DNA of 64,000 nucleotides, from positions 9,434 to 73,433 of the forward strand of contig CAZGIH010000003.1 of assembly GCA_964526195.1 (NCBI GenBank), read 5' to 3'. Positions 38,685-49,886 of this stretch are shown here, in pieces (position 1 is the stretch's first letter; each line of letters begins with the position of its first letter). The notes beneath the pieces are model-generated. The model searched no databases and had not been told where the DNA came from. It was given only the letters and a program-made list of their open reading frames with translations. Both the position numbers and the translations under genes were made by a program. Origin of the DNA: an uncultured Chromatiales bacterium (GTDB lineage: Bacteria > Pseudomonadota > Gammaproteobacteria > Poriferisulfidales > Poriferisulfidaceae).

Positions 38685-39524
38685 TCAGGCCCGGCCGTTT
38701 TCGTCCCCCAGTTCCTCAGCTCGTTGGCGCGCCGCCTCAAGCGCATTGAGAATCAAGGCCTCAAAGCCTGCCCTTTCCAGTACGCCCAGAGCGGCCGCGG
38801 TTGTCCCGCCTTTGGACGTCACCTTCCGGCAAAGCTCCTGCAGGGAATCCTCCGAGGCACTCGCCAGCTCCTGCGCGCCACGAGCTGTCTCCAGCACCAG
38901 CAGGCGTGCCTGCGCTTCGTCCAGCCCCATGCGGCATGCCCCCTCGATCATCGCCTGCATGAACAGGAAGAAATAGGCGGGCCCGCTACCTGAAACCGCA
39001 GTCGCGGCATCCATCAGGGCCTCATCCTGCACCCAGAGAACCTTCCCGACGCTCTCCATGATTCGGCCCGCGAGTGCACGCTGGGCATCGGAAACATCTT
39101 CCTGCGCATACAGGGCGCTCATTCCGGCGCCGACCAATGCCGGCGTGTTCGGCATGACGCGTACCACCGGGCAATGTCCCCCTGTCCAACGTGCCAGGTC
39201 GTCCGCACGCACACCAGCCGCGATGGTTATCAGCAGCGGGTTGTCCGTGACCATCCAGGGCGCCAGTTCAGTTGCGGTCGTCGGCAACTTGTCGGGCTTA
39301 GTCGCGAACAGCACAACATCCGCGGAAGCCCGGGAGTAGGCCAGCGAATTCTCGTAGTACAACTGCATCAGGCCGAAATTAGCGGCCAGCGCCTGATGGG
39401 ACTGCGGGTCGGGATCAGAGACCGTGATGTCGCCGGCCTCCCAACCGGAACGGACCAAGCCACCCACCAGCGAGCGGCCCATGTTGCCTCCCCCGATCAG
39501 AAGGATTCGTGGATTCTCAGGCAT
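38685..39524 (-). CDS. proC: Pyrroline-5-carboxylate reductase
   Basis: IGGGNMG, RVMPNTP, SGSGPAY, VTSKGGTT. Confidence 0.96.
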   Translation of the reverse strand: MPENPRILLIGGGNMGRSLVGGLVRSGWEAGDITVSDPDPQSHQALAANFGLMQLYYENSLAYSRASADVVLFATKPDKLPTTATELAPWMVTDNPLLITIAAGVRADDLARWTGGHCPVVRVMPNTPALVGAGMSALYAQEDVSDAQRALAGRIMESVGKVLWVQDEALMDAATAVSGSGPAYFFLFMQAMIEGACRMGLDEAQARLLVLETARGAQELASASEDSLQELCRKVTSKGGTTAAALGVLERAGFEALILNALEAARQRAEELGDENGRA

Positions 39525-39566
39525 GTTCTCTCCGCCGCGACGGCAGCGAAACCTCTAAACCCCGCA

Positions 39567-40451
39567 TTATAGGCGGCTACCTTCCTCCGGAAACACCGCT
39601 TGCGCATTGAATACCGGGCCGTCCACGCACACCCGCTTCATGGCCCAACCGTTTTCACCCAACACCGGAACCGTGCAGCCCGCACACCCGCCCACCGCAC
39701 ACGCCATGTATTCCTCCATGCAGACCTGGCACGGCACGTCGAACTCCCGCGCCAGCCGGGCGACCGCTTCCAGCATCGGCACCGGCCCGCAGGTATACAC
39801 GGCAACTCGCGCGCGCTGTTCCGGAGTCTGTGTCTCAAGCCACATCCGGGCAGCCGCATCGACATAGCCGTCGTAGCAACCGGCGTAACCCTGAGCGGAA
39901 CACAAGCGGGAAGCTACGCCCCAATCCTCAAGCAGGCTCATGCCCGCGATGATGCCGTCCGGCATTCCCGGAACCCGGATGGTCGAGGGGCGGCTTGCGA
40001 ATGGAAAGGGGATCTCCGATCCCATCACCACCAGCGGCACGGTGTGATCCTTGATCTCGCGGGCCAGGAACAGGATCGGCGGGATTCCAACCCCTCCTCC
40101 GATCAACAGGGGACGATCCCGATCCGGTTCGGCCTGGAACCCCCGTCCGATCGGACCGAGCGCCGGCAGCGTCTCGCCTTCCTGAACACGCGCCAACTCC
40201 TCCGTCCCTTTTCCGATCACCTTGTACAGCACTTCGATTGTCCCGCACTCCGGGTCGCTCCACAGGATGGAAAGCGGGCGACGCATCATGGATGGCTCGG
40301 CATGCACGCCCAGATGAACAAAACTGCCCGGCGTGGCGGATTCGGCGATCACCGGCGCATCAATCACCAGCGCGTGCTGATCCGCTTCCAAGTGGCGCAC
40401 CTGGACAACCCGGGCGTCAAGGCTGTGGATGACGTTGCGAAATTCCTCCAT
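39567..40451 (-). CDS. pyrK: Dihydroorotate dehydrogenase electron-transfer subunit (PyrK-like)
   Basis: RRPLS, GPIGRGF, GGGVGIPP, CGPVPML, MACAVGGCAGC, RVC.DGPVF. Confidence 0.88.
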   Translation of the reverse strand: MEEFRNVIHSLDARVVQVRHLEADQHALVIDAPVIAESATPGSFVHLGVHAEPSMMRRPLSILWSDPECGTIEVLYKVIGKGTEELARVQEGETLPALGPIGRGFQAEPDRDRPLLIGGGVGIPPILFLAREIKDHTVPLVVMGSEIPFPFASRPSTIRVPGMPDGIIAGMSLLEDWGVASRLCSAQGYAGCYDGYVDAAARMWLETQTPEQRARVAVYTCGPVPMLEAVARLAREFDVPCQVCMEEYMACAVGGCAGCTVPVLGENGWAMKRVCVDGPVFNAQAVFPEEGSRL

Positions 40452-41734
40452 TACGCCTCTCCCTCCCGCTCGTAGACGATGCGACCACCGCAAATGGTCG
40501 CCTGCACCCGATCGTGGAACTGCCAACCATCGAACGGCGTGTTCCGCCCTGCACTCAACATTGCTTCCACGTCAAAAGCCCAAGGGTCGTCCAACCGCAC
40601 CACGCAAAGATCCGCCGGCGCCCCGACAGCCAACGTCCCCGTTTCGCGCCCCAGGATCGCAGCCGGGCCTGCCGTCAGCCGTTCCACCGCGGTCGCCCGC
40701 GTGAGGATGTCCTCGGTCACCAGTTCCATGGTCAGCGGCAACAACGTCTCGATCCCCGAGATGCCGGGCCGGGCCTCGGGAAACGGCGCCATCTTCGAAT
40801 CCGGGTCCAACGGCTGGTGATCCGAGCAAATCGCCTGGATCACTCCGTCCCGCACACCTTCGCGCAAACGTTGCCGGTCATGCTCGGTACGCAGGGGTGG
40901 GCTGACCAGCGCGTTGACCTCGAATCCTTCCACGGCCTCTTCCGTCAAGAACAACTGGTGCACCGCCACATCCGCCGTCACCGGCAACCCTGCCTGCTGT
41001 CCGATTTCCAGCATATCCACCGCCTGCGCACAGGAAAGGCGGCAGAAGTGAACCCGTGCGCCGGTGTCCTGCACCAAGGCCGTCATCTGTGCCAGGGCGG
41101 CAGTTTCCGCCGCCGGCGGAACCCCCGGCAGACCCAGTCGGGCCGCGAAAGTGCCTTCATGCGCACAGCCCTGACCCGCCAAGGCATGATCCAAGGGGTG
41201 GTAGAACAGGGTCAGATCCTGGCTGGCCGCATACTCCATGGCCCGGCGCAGCACCAGCAGGTTGGCGTAGGGCCGCGTCCCGTTGCTGACCCCGGCACAA
41301 CCCGCTTTGCGCAACGCGCCAAGACTGGCCAACTGGGTATCTCCCAGCCCGTGCATGGCCGCGCCCAAGGTTTCCAGCCGAGCGAAACCGGCTTGTTGCG
41401 CCTGCTCCATCAGTAGCCGCACCGCTGCCGGCGAATCCGGGATCGGCTGCGTCTCCGCCACCGAGCAGACCGTGGTCACGCCGCCCGCCACCGCGGCCCG
41501 GGTCTCGCTTTCCACGCTGGCGCGCTGCTCACCCATCGGGTTGAGGCAGACCGCTAGATCCACTGCGCCCGGCATCACCAGGCAGCCTTGGGCATCCACG
41601 ACCTGTTCCGCCTCGAACTCTTCCGCCGCCGTCCCCAGCCCGACGATCTTTCCGCGGGCGCAGAACACGTCGCGCACCGCATCCGTCCCGCCGGCCGGGT
41701 CGAGAACGTATCCTCCGCGTATCGCCAAGCGCAT
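40451..41734 (-). CDS. pyrC: Dihydroorotase-like PyrC' (probably the non-catalytic ATCase scaffold subunit)
   Basis: Amidohydrolase fold with ET.AAVAGGVTTV and SDHQP; metal-binding HxH replaced by AVC; follows pyrB. Confidence 0.85.
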   Translation of the reverse strand: MRLAIRGGYVLDPAGGTDAVRDVFCARGKIVGLGTAAEEFEAEQVVDAQGCLVMPGAVDLAVCLNPMGEQRASVESETRAAVAGGVTTVCSVAETQPIPDSPAAVRLLMEQAQQAGFARLETLGAAMHGLGDTQLASLGALRKAGCAGVSNGTRPYANLLVLRRAMEYAASQDLTLFYHPLDHALAGQGCAHEGTFAARLGLPGVPPAAETAALAQMTALVQDTGARVHFCRLSCAQAVDMLEIGQQAGLPVTADVAVHQLFLTEEAVEGFEVNALVSPPLRTEHDRQRLREGVRDGVIQAICSDHQPLDPDSKMAPFPEARPGISGIETLLPLTMELVTEDILTRATAVERLTAGPAAILGRETGTLAVGAPADLCVVRLDDPWAFDVEAMLSAGRNTPFDGWQFHDRVQATICGGRIVYEREGEA

Positions 41735-42729
41735 TACCAGGCATGCCTCCGCATCGCCATGGACAGGATCGCCATGCGCACCGCAATCCCGTTCCGGACC
41801 TGTTTCAGGATCACCGACCGAGGGCCATCCACCACGGCCGATTCGATTTCCACCCCGCGGTTGACGGGACCCGGGTGCATCACGATCCCATCCTCCGCCA
41901 GCAATTCCATCCGTGCCCGGGTCAAGCCGTATAGCCGGTAATATTCAGCCTCGCTCGGCACGAAACTGCCATGCATCCGTTCCTTCTGCAGGCGCAGCAT
42001 GATCACCGCCTGCGCCCCGGCCAAGCCTTCTTCCATGGACTTGAACGGAATCACTCCCAAGCTGGTCGCCTCGCGCGGCAGCAGGGTCCGCGGCGCGATC
42101 ACCCGAATCTCGCCGACCCCCAGGGTGCGCAAGGCCTGAATCTCGGAGCGCGCCACCCGCGAATGCAGGATGTCGCCGACGATCACGACCGTGATTGCGC
42201 CGAAGTCCGGGAAATGCTGGCGCAAGGTAAACATGTCGAGCATGGCCTGGGTCGGGTGCGCATGCCGGCCATCGCCCGCATTGATGACGCTGATGTGCTC
42301 GGCGACGTGGCGGACGATGAAATGCGCCGCGCCGCTCTGGTGATGGCGGACCACGAACATGTCGCAGTGCATCGCCTCAAGGTTGCGCAGGGTGTCCAGC
42401 AGGCTCTCGCCCTTGGTCGTGGCGGCGGTGGCCATGTCCAGGTTGAGCACGTCGGCGGACAGGCGTTTGGCCGCGAGTTCGAACGTGGTGCGGGTGCGGG
42501 TGCTTGCCTCGAAGAACAGGTTGACGATAGTCTTGCCGCGGAGCAGCGGGACCTTCCGTGCCGCCTGGTCCGAAGCCGTATGAAACGACTCGGCGGTACT
42601 CAGGATCTCTTCCAGGAGCGCTGCCGGCAATCCCTCGATGGTCAGGAAGTGACGCAAGCGCCCTTCCTCGTCCAACTGATATTGCGCCGCAGGCGGCAAC
42701 CGAAACAGTGTCGGCTGGGTCGAACTCAC
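41734..42729 (-). CDS. pyrB: Aspartate carbamoyltransferase catalytic subunit
   Basis: [41 protein letters not shown]. Confidence 0.97.
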   Translation of the reverse strand: MSSTQPTLFRLPPAAQYQLDEEGRLRHFLTIEGLPAALLEEILSTAESFHTASDQAARKVPLLRGKTIVNLFFEASTRTRTTFELAAKRLSADVLNLDMATAATTKGESLLDTLRNLEAMHCDMFVVRHHQSGAAHFIVRHVAEHISVINAGDGRHAHPTQAMLDMFTLRQHFPDFGAITVVIVGDILHSRVARSEIQALRTLGVGEIRVIAPRTLLPREATSLGVIPFKSMEEGLAGAQAVIMLRLQKERMHGSFVPSEAEYYRLYGLTRARMELLAEDGIVMHPGPVNRGVEIESAVVDGPRSVILKQVRNGIAVRMAILSMAMRRHAW

Positions 42730-43262
42730 CGCCCGGGCTCTTCCAGCAACGAGTCGTTGGGCCGCGTAATCACCAGTTCCATGGGGTCCGGGCCCTGAAG
42801 CTTGACCCGGTCTTCCGGACCCAGTTCCAGGCGCATTCCGGCCAGATCCGGCGCCACCGGAATTTCCCGCCCCGGTCGCTCCACCAGCACCGCCAGCGAA
42901 ACCGAGGCCGGACGGCCGTATTCGAACAGTTCGTTGAGCGCCGCGCGAGTCGTCCGGCCGGTGAACAGCACGTCGTCGATCAACAGGACATGCCGGTCGT
43001 CCAGCGAGGCGGGCATATGAACCGGCTTCAGCGGCCGCACCCCGGTGCGGGCCACATCATCGCGGTGGTAACTGACGTCCAGCATTCCCAGCGGCTCGGC
43101 GACCGCACAGTGCGCGTGCAGCGCCTCGGCCACCCACACGCCACCGGTATGGATGCCGACGAAGACCGGCAAATTGATTCCGCGGGTGGTCAGAAAGGAT
43201 TTAACAGAATCGCCAAGGTGGGCGAGTACGGCACCGACATCAACCCTCTCGTGCGATGACAT
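42726..43262 (-). CDS. pyrR: Bifunctional pyr regulator / uracil phosphoribosyltransferase
   Basis: [29 protein letters not shown]. Confidence 0.9.
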   Translation of the reverse strand: MSSHERVDVGAVLAHLGDSVKSFLTTRGINLPVFVGIHTGGVWVAEALHAHCAVAEPLGMLDVSYHRDDVARTGVRPLKPVHMPASLDDRHVLLIDDVLFTGRTTRAALNELFEYGRPASVSLAVLVERPGREIPVAPDLAGMRLELGPEDRVKLQGPDPMELVITRPNDSLLEEPGR

Positions 43263-43692
43263 GCTGCTCCGACAGCCAGGCATTCAGGATATAGGCGGCG
43301 GCCATCTTATCAGTTTCACCCCGCGCGAGCTTTTTCCGGGCCCCCTCCTGGCGCTGTGCGCGCAGCTCGGCGCGGGCGCATTCGGAAGAGTAATCCTCGT
43401 TGACCCGGGCCACCGGCAATTCGTATCGGGACCCCAATTCGGTGCAGAACCGGCGCAGTGCGCGAGGCAAGCGGTCGCCGGACCCGGTCTGCGCCTCCGG
43501 CTCGCCCACCACCAGCACGCTCGGGCGCCAGGTCTGGATCAAGCGGTCGATCTCCGTCCAATCGACGGCGCCATCGCGATTGGCAACCACGTCCAGCCCG
43601 CGTGCGGTCGCAACCTCCAAGGAGCCCACCGCCACGCCAATCCGGGCCAATCCAAAATCAAATCCCAAGGCCACCTTATACGCGTCAGGCAT
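43240..43692 (-). CDS. ruvX: Holliday junction resolvase-like RuvX/YqgF
   Basis: LGFDFG..RIGVAVG, LVVG.P, D..AAA.IL; conserved yqgE-yqgF-pyrR order. Confidence 0.92.
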   Translation of the reverse strand: MPDAYKVALGFDFGLARIGVAVGSLEVATARGLDVVANRDGAVDWTEIDRLIQTWRPSVLVVGEPEAQTGSGDRLPRALRRFCTELGSRYELPVARVNEDYSSECARAELRAQRQEGARKKLARGETDKMAAAYILNAWLSEQHVIAREG

Positions 43693-44242
43693 GCCCGCTT
43701 CCGAAATACAGGGACGACTCCTCCAAACCCAACTGCTCGAGCGCCTTACCCCAGCGGCGCTCCGGGGGCAGGTCGAACAACAACTCCGGCGACGGGGAGG
43801 TCAGCCACCACGAGCCGGTATCCAGTTCCTCCTCCAGCTGGCCGGGAGACCAACCGGAATAACCCATCGTCACCAGCAGGTTCTCCGGCCCCTTGCCAAC
43901 TGCGCAGTGCTCCAGCAGGGAACGGGACGCCGTGACCCGGACCCGGTCGTCGATCTCCGCGCTGTCCGACATTTCGTAGGTTCCCGAGTAAAGCCCGAAG
44001 CCCAGGTTCGGCTGCACCGGGCCGCCGAGGAAGACCGGCCGGGCGAGGTCCTGTTCCACCTCCGGCGTAATCTTCATGTCGACGAGCAGGTCGTGCAGCG
44101 TCATCTCCGAGGGATGGTTCACGATGAAACCCATCGCGCCCTTCTCCTCCTCGTGCTCGCAAACCAGGATCAGGGAACGCTGGAAAATCGAATCCTGCAG
44201 ATCCGGGGCCGCCACCAGCATCCGACCGCGCAAGGTCTTCAT
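43685..44242 (-). CDS. yqgE: YqgE/AlgH family protein
   Basis: F.RSLIL.CEH...GAMG, GGPV, GYSGWSPGQLEEE. Confidence 0.94.
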   Translation of the reverse strand: MKTLRGRMLVAAPDLQDSIFQRSLILVCEHEEEKGAMGFIVNHPSEMTLHDLLVDMKITPEVEQDLARPVFLGGPVQPNLGFGLYSGTYEMSDSAEIDDRVRVTASRSLLEHCAVGKGPENLLVTMGYSGWSPGQLEEELDTGSWWLTSPSPELLFDLPPERRWGKALEQLGLEESSLYFGSGHA

Positions 44243-44820
44243 GGGTGGAGCGACTCCGCGGCGTACAGCCCGACCGACTCCCCGAACAACCAGCGGCGGC
44301 TGATCTGCAACTGGTCGCGGTGCCGGCGAAGTTCCTCGGAAAACGGCGCGTGCGGCTGCGATTTCATCACGATCCTGCGGGCCGCATCGGCCAGAGGCTT
44401 TGGCCCCAGTTCGGCTTCGAACTGCCGAACCCCGCCCTGCGCATTCACCACCACATGCACGACTACTTCTCCATCGAGACCCTGCACCATGCCGTTACCC
44501 AAGTGTTCCGTGCGTTCCACCCACTGGCGCACATATTCCTGCTCCAGAGTATACGCCTCTGGCATTTTTCCATCCAAGCTTCTTGTCGAAGTCGGAACAG
44601 GTGTCGGGGAAGAAGGCCAAGGTGATCCCTCTCCAGCCTCCGCCACGGAGGCCGGGCGGCCCATGCCTCCGGTCCAGAATACCTCGAAATTCAATTTTGC
44701 TCCCGGCTGTGCGGACGAAAACGTCACGCCCAGTATCACCATGCCGTGGAATGCTAGCGCAAGAAACAGGCAGAACGCCAAACGTTCGGAATCGGGAACC
44801 GCAGGCAACAGCGGCTGCAT
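44239..44820 (-). CDS. TonB-family energy transducer
   Basis: N-terminal TM FLALAFHG, Pro/Ser linker, TonB-C-like domain; gshB-tonB-yqgE synteny. Confidence 0.75.
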   Translation of the reverse strand: MQPLLPAVPDSERLAFCLFLALAFHGMVILGVTFSSAQPGAKLNFEVFWTGGMGRPASVAEAGEGSPWPSSPTPVPTSTRSLDGKMPEAYTLEQEYVRQWVERTEHLGNGMVQGLDGEVVVHVVVNAQGGVRQFEAELGPKPLADAARRIVMKSQPHAPFSEELRRHRDQLQISRRWLFGESVGLYAAESLHP

Positions 44821-44825
44821 GGGGG

Positions 44826-45782
44826 TCAGGTCTCCAGCCAGTGGTCGGCCACGGCATCCCAGAAACGCATCGCCACCGCCTGCCCAGTGTGCGCCTCCAC
44901 CTCCCGGATGCAGGTCGGCGACGTGATGTTGATTTCGGTCAGCCATCCCCCGACGACATCCGCGCCGGCAAAGCAGACCCCGGCGTCCCGCAAGGGCGCT
45001 CCGAGGCGGTCGGCGATCTCGCGGTCGCGGTCATTGGCGGGCTCGATCCGCAGGGTACCACCCTGGGCAAGGTTGGCACGAAATTCACCGGCCTTGGGAA
45101 TGCGCACGGCAACATCCGGGATCAACTCGCCGTCGATCAGCAGCAGGCGGCGATCCCCTTCCGTGACTTCGGGAAGAAAACGCTGCGCCATCACCGGCAC
45201 GGTCCCCTGGTGCGTGACGGACTCGATGATGGAAGCCAAGTCGGCATCATCACGGCGCAAGCGGTACACCAAAGCTCCTCCCATACGGTCGAGTGGCTTG
45301 ATGACGATCTCATTGTACTCCGCGAGGAACCCCTCCAGGTCGTCCCGGCGCGCGCTCACCAGCAACGGCGGCGCCAGATCGGCGAACTGCACGATGGAGA
45401 GTTTTTCGTTCATGTTGCGCAGCGTCTCCGGGGCATTGAGCACGCAAACGCCTGCGGCGCGAACCTGGTCCAGCAACCAGGTAGCGGCGATGTATGCCAT
45501 ATCGACCGGTGGATCCTTGCGCATCAGCACCACGTCGAACTCCTTCAGTGCAACCGAGGCCTCCTCCCGGACCTGCCACCAGTCGGCCTGGTCGGCAATC
45601 TGGATCTTGCGGACATGCGCATCCACGCCGGCCGGGCCGCCGCAGAGATCGGAAGGGGTCGTGATGTAGATTTCGGCGCCCCGCTCCTGCGCCGCCAGCA
45701 TCAGAGCGACGGTCGAATCCTTGGCGGGTTGGATCCGCTCCGGCGGATCCATGACAACGGCGACGCGGCGCAGTTCACCCAC
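44826..45782 (-). CDS. gshB: Glutathione synthetase
   Basis: VMDP, KDST.ALM.AAQ.RG, MRKDPP, NEKL, KPLD.MGG, EINITSPT. Confidence 0.96.
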   Translation of the reverse strand: MGELRRVAVVMDPPERIQPAKDSTVALMLAAQERGAEIYITTPSDLCGGPAGVDAHVRKIQIADQADWWQVREEASVALKEFDVVLMRKDPPVDMAYIAATWLLDQVRAAGVCVLNAPETLRNMNEKLSIVQFADLAPPLLVSARRDDLEGFLAEYNEIVIKPLDRMGGALVYRLRRDDADLASIIESVTHQGTVPVMAQRFLPEVTEGDRRLLLIDGELIPDVAVRIPKAGEFRANLAQGGTLRIEPANDRDREIADRLGAPLRDAGVCFAGADVVGGWLTEINITSPTCIREVEAHTGQAVAMRFWDAVADHWLET

Positions 45783-45809
45783 GAACCGGGCCCGACGCCT
45801 TAGATGCCA

Positions 45810-47120
45810 TCAATAGCGGTAGTGCTCCGGCTTGTAGGGCCCGTCCACGCCAACGCCCAGGTATTCCGCCTGTTCCGGCGTCAGGGCGGTCAGCCGGACG
45901 CCCAGCTTGTCCAGGTGCAGGCGTGCCACCTCTTCGTCCTTCTCCTTCGGCAGGGTGTGCACGCCGAGTTCGTAGTCGTCCGGACGCTGCCACAGTTCGA
46001 TCTGGGCCAGTATCTGGTTGGCGAACGAGCACGACATCACGAAACTGGGGTGCCCGGTGGCACAGCCCAGGTTGACCAGCCGCCCCTTGGCCAGCACGAT
46101 CAGGCGCTTGCCGTCGGGGAAAGTCACGTGGTCGACCTGCGGCTTAATTTCTTCCCAGGCGTAATTGTCCAGCGAAGCGATATCGATCTCGTTGTCGAAG
46201 TGTCCGATGTTGCAGACTATCGCCTCGTTCTTCATCTGCCACATGTGCTCGAAGGTGATCACATGGTGACAGCCGGTCGCGGTAACGAAGATGTCGGCCT
46301 TCGGCGCGGCCTCCTCCATGGTCACCACCGGCAAGCCTTCCATTGCCGCCTGCAGCGCGCAGATTGGGTCCACTTCCGTGATCCATACGATCGCGCCCTG
46401 TGCCCGCAGCGATTGGGCGCAGCCCTTTCCGACCCCGCCGTATCCCGCGACCACGCAGATCTTGCCCGCGATCATCACGTCGGTCGCACGCTTGAGGCCG
46501 TCGAGGAGGGACTCACGACAACCGTAGGTGTTGTCGAACTTGGACTTGGTGACTGAGTCGTTCACGTTGATCGCCGGCACCTTCAACTCCCCTTTCTCGT
46601 ACATGGTGTACAGGCGGTTGACGCCGGTGGTCGTCTCTTCGGAGATTCCGCGCACCTGTTCGAGCAGTTTCGGGTATTCGTCGTGCATCATGCGCGTCAG
46701 ATCGCCGCCGTCGTCCAGCAGCAAGTTCGGGGTCCAGCCATCCGGGCCCTCGATGGTCCGGCGGATGCACTCCTCATATTCCTCCTCGGTCTCCCCTTTC
46801 CAGGCGAACACCGGAATGCCCTGCTCGGCGACCGCGGCCGCGGCATGATCCTGAGTCGAGTAGATGTTGCAGGACGACCAGCGCACTTCAGCGCCGAGTG
46901 CCACGAGAGTCTCAATCAGCACAGCGGTCTGGATCGTCATGTGCAGGCAGCCCGCAATGCGGGCACCCGCAAGCGGCTGCTTGCCCTTGTATTTTTCGCA
47001 CAGTGCAACCAACCCGGGCATTTCGGTGCGGGCGATCGCAATCTCCTTGTGGCCCCAGGCGGCCAATCCCAAGTCGGCGACCTGATGGTCCGGGCGGAGC
47101 TGAGTGGCAGGCTCGGTCAT
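45810..47120 (-). CDS. ahcY: S-adenosylhomocysteine hydrolase
   Basis: [47 protein letters not shown]. Confidence 0.97.
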   Translation of the reverse strand: MTEPATQLRPDHQVADLGLAAWGHKEIAIARTEMPGLVALCEKYKGKQPLAGARIAGCLHMTIQTAVLIETLVALGAEVRWSSCNIYSTQDHAAAAVAEQGIPVFAWKGETEEEYEECIRRTIEGPDGWTPNLLLDDGGDLTRMMHDEYPKLLEQVRGISEETTTGVNRLYTMYEKGELKVPAINVNDSVTKSKFDNTYGCRESLLDGLKRATDVMIAGKICVVAGYGGVGKGCAQSLRAQGAIVWITEVDPICALQAAMEGLPVVTMEEAAPKADIFVTATGCHHVITFEHMWQMKNEAIVCNIGHFDNEIDIASLDNYAWEEIKPQVDHVTFPDGKRLIVLAKGRLVNLGCATGHPSFVMSCSFANQILAQIELWQRPDDYELGVHTLPKEKDEEVARLHLDKLGVRLTALTPEQAEYLGVGVDGPYKPEHYRY

Positions 47121-47127
47121 GATTTAA

Positions 47128-48327
47128 CTATACTCCCAGCGCATTTTTCAGCTGTTTCAGCCGCTTCGGATCCTCATTTTCCCACGGAAATGCCTTTCTT
47201 GGGTCACCGAAGTGCCCGTGTTTCGCCGTATCCCGGTAGCGAAAACCGCGTTTCGGGTCCAGCAGGCCAAGCATTTTGATGATGCCGGCCGGCGAAAGGT
47301 CGAAGATGTCGCCGGTCATCAGGACCTTGTTCAGGTGCTGCTCAGAAACCGTGCCCGTGCCGAACGTTTCGGCCCGGACCGACACTGGATCGGGCCATCC
47401 GATCGCATAGGCTAGTTGCACCTCGCAGCGCCGGGCGAGCCCGCTACCGACCACATGCCGGGCCACGTAGCGCGCCGCGTAGGCGGCCGAGCGATCCACC
47501 TTGGACGGATCCTTGCCGGAGAACGCCCCGCCGCCGTGGCGGGCCATGCCGCCATACGTGTCGACGATGATCTTGCGCCCGGTGACGCCGCAGTCGCCCA
47601 CCGGCCCCCCGGTGACGAACCGTCCGGTCGGGTTGATCAGGACCTTGAACCTCCCCGCACGCATTTTTTCCGGAATGACCGAATGGATGATTGTCTCGCG
47701 CACGAATTCCCGTAGATTCTTTTGCGAGATGTCTTTGCTGTGCTGGGTGGACAGCACCACCGTCCTGACTGCGACCGGGCGACCCTCCTCATCGTAGCGG
47801 AACGTGACCTGGCTCTTGGCGTCCGGGCGCAATATGTTTCTCCCCTCTTTGGTCTTGCGTACCCGCTCATGCTTGCGCATCAACTCATGCGCGTAGTGGA
47901 TCGGGGCCGGCATCCGGGTTCTGGTTTCATCGCATGCGAAGCCGAAGATAATGCCTTGGTCTCCGGCGCCCTGCCTTTTTTTGCTGACCCCCCTACCGAT
48001 ATCCAGGGACTGCATGCCGATGTGGTTGGTCACCTGGCAATCGGTCGAATCGAATCCGACTCCCAAAGCCTTGGTGTAACCGATATCCTTGACCACGGAC
48101 CGGACAATCCGCTCGTAGTCGGCATCCTTAAGCTTCTTGCCTCGAACCAGCGACAGCTCGCCGGCAAGAACCACCTGCTGGTCCTTGACCAGGGTTTCCA
48201 CCGCCACTCGTGCACGGATATCCCGCGCCAGCGCCTCGTCCAGCACCGCATCCGAGATCTGATCGCATACTTTGTCCGGGTGGCCCCGGGAGACTGCTTC
48301 GGAGGTAAAAAGGCTGTGTCGGCTCAA
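47128..48327 (-). CDS. metK: S-adenosylmethionine synthetase; TTG start inferred
   Basis: [50 protein letters not shown]. Confidence 0.96.
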   Translation of the reverse strand: MSRHSLFTSEAVSRGHPDKVCDQISDAVLDEALARDIRARVAVETLVKDQQVVLAGELSLVRGKKLKDADYERIVRSVVKDIGYTKALGVGFDSTDCQVTNHIGMQSLDIGRGVSKKRQGAGDQGIIFGFACDETRTRMPAPIHYAHELMRKHERVRKTKEGRNILRPDAKSQVTFRYDEEGRPVAVRTVVLSTQHSKDISQKNLREFVRETIIHSVIPEKMRAGRFKVLINPTGRFVTGGPVGDCGVTGRKIIVDTYGGMARHGGGAFSGKDPSKVDRSAAYAARYVARHVVGSGLARRCEVQLAYAIGWPDPVSVRAETFGTGTVSEQHLNKVLMTGDIFDLSPAGIIKMLGLLDPKRGFRYRDTAKHGHFGDPRKAFPWENEDPKRLKQLKNALGV

Positions 48328-48420
48328 CCGATTCGTCCCGCTTCGAAATTGCGCCCATTCTACAATGCCCAAAAAACGGGTAGAATCTGTCCGCTCAAAT
48401 CCATCTCGAAGGAGAATTGC

Positions 48421-48927
48421 ATGACGACCGTCACCCTGCACGGCAACGAAGTCAACCTGGAAGGCACCCTGCCGGAGATCGGCAGCACTGCGCCGGACTT
48501 CGAGTTGGTCGACCGGGACCTCAACGTAGCCACCCTCGGCACTTTCGGCGATGCCCGCAAGCTGCTTTCAATCCTGCCCAGTATCGATACTCCGGTCTGC
48601 GCGAAATCTTCCGTCCAATTCAACCAAGAGGCCCAGAAACTCGACGACAAGTCAGTGGTTCTGGTGATCTCGTCCGACCTGCCTTTCGCCATGACCCGCT
48701 TCTGCGCCGACCAGGGCGCCGACCGCCTGGTGACCCTGTCGATGATGCGGAATCGGGACTTCGCTCGCGACTACGGCGTGCTGATCGCCGAAGGCCCTCT
48801 GGCCGGGATTACCGCCCGCGCCGTCATGGTGCTGGACAGCAACAACCAGGTTTTGTATACCGAACTGGTGCCTGAAATCGGAGACGAACCGAATTACGCG
48901 GAAGCGATGGCCGCATTGCAGGGGTAA
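48421..48927 (+). CDS. tpx: Thiol peroxidase
   Basis: [24 protein letters not shown]; RBS AAGGAG. Confidence 0.95.
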   Translation: MTTVTLHGNEVNLEGTLPEIGSTAPDFELVDRDLNVATLGTFGDARKLLSILPSIDTPVCAKSSVQFNQEAQKLDDKSVVLVISSDLPFAMTRFCADQGADRLVTLSMMRNRDFARDYGVLIAEGPLAGITARAVMVLDSNNQVLYTELVPEIGDEPNYAEAMAALQG

Positions 48928-49074
48928 CCGGCTACCACACGCCTCGCCTCCGGGTCGTCAGCACGGGCCATCGCGAGGCCTTTTCCCTTATTGCGAGACC
49001 CCCACAGGCACGCGGGGAAGGCGTGTCAGGTTTTTTGCTATACTCAACGAAGGTTCAGAAGGAGCCGCATAATT

Positions 49075-49302
49075 GTGGACTTAAACAAGCCTTCGGTCGA
49101 AGCCGCACTCGCCACGCTTGAGCAGCAGGTCGACACGTTGACCACGCTGTGCGAGCGTCTGGTCAATGCCAACCAGGTTCTGGTTAAACGTTGCGACCAA
49201 ATGCAGGAACAGCAGCGCGACTGGCGCCGTAAGAACCGTCAGGCCCGCACCGCCGTCGAGCAGGTGCTGGCGCAACTCAAGCCGTACAGCAGACTCCAAT
49301 GA
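49075..49302 (+). CDS. Small coiled-coil ZapB-like protein (TIGR02449-like)
   Basis: Coiled-coil heptads; immediately upstream of zapA. Confidence 0.75.
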   Translation: MDLNKPSVEAALATLEQQVDTLTTLCERLVNANQVLVKRCDQMQEQQRDWRRKNRQARTAVEQVLAQLKPYSRLQ

Positions 49303-49607
49303 GTGCAGAATCCGAACAGGTCGGTTTCCGTCTTCTCAAGAAGACCTACGAAGTCGGCTGTCCGCCCGACCGGCGCAAATCCCTCGACGAGGCCATCAAG
49401 TTCCTGAAGGCCCAGGTACAGAAAGTCCACGACGCCGATGCCACCGCCGGCATAGATCGCGTTGCGGTCGTCACGGCACTGAACCTGAGCCATGAATACC
49501 TGCGCCTGTCGAAGGGAACGCCGGATCATCTGCTTGAACGCATCGATGCGCTGTCGGCACGAGTCCAGGAAGCACTGGACCGGGTCGAGGAGGCGAACCT
49601 GACGTAA
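49299..49607 (+). CDS. zapA: Cell division protein ZapA
   Basis: Y.V.CP, DRVAVVTALNLSHE. Confidence 0.9.
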   Translation: MSAESEQVGFRLLKKTYEVGCPPDRRKSLDEAIKFLKAQVQKVHDADATAGIDRVAVVTALNLSHEYLRLSKGTPDHLLERIDALSARVQEALDRVEEANLT

Positions 49608-49632
49608 TGGCGAGAAACCCCACGAATCATTG

Positions 49633-49826
49633 GAAGTCGGTGCCTCCGCCTGTTCCACCAGGCACACCCGTGAACCTATTCCAACTGACCGGGACCCGAC
49701 GCGTAAATGCTTTTGCGCATTACCGGCGTTTTCGTCCGGGAAGCCTACGGCATTTCCCAGGGACCCACCTGAACTTTCGGTTCAGGGTCACGTCCTGGTT
49801 CACGGCAGGCGGAGTGCACTGCCTTC
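49633..49826 (+). ncRNA. ssrS: 6S RNA
   Basis: About 190 nt directly after zapA (its usual locus); 5' CTCCGCCTG pairs with 3' CAGGCGGAG; internal CCTGAAC/GTTCAGG arm; boundaries approximate. Confidence 0.85.
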
Positions 49827-49886
49827 ATTTGGTTTGGCTCTCGCCCCTACAGGCTTAATTCACCAATATCCCTGTCGCCCGCCTTT

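Noticed and set aside
43400-45803. Long plus-strand ORFs (508 aa and 467 aa) and similar ones at 4021-4983, 5130-6383, 33775-34956 and 60787-62034
   Set aside because: They overlap well-supported genes on the opposite strand or in another frame, are low-complexity Arg/Pro/Gly/Ala-rich, and carry no motifs: GC shadow ORFs.
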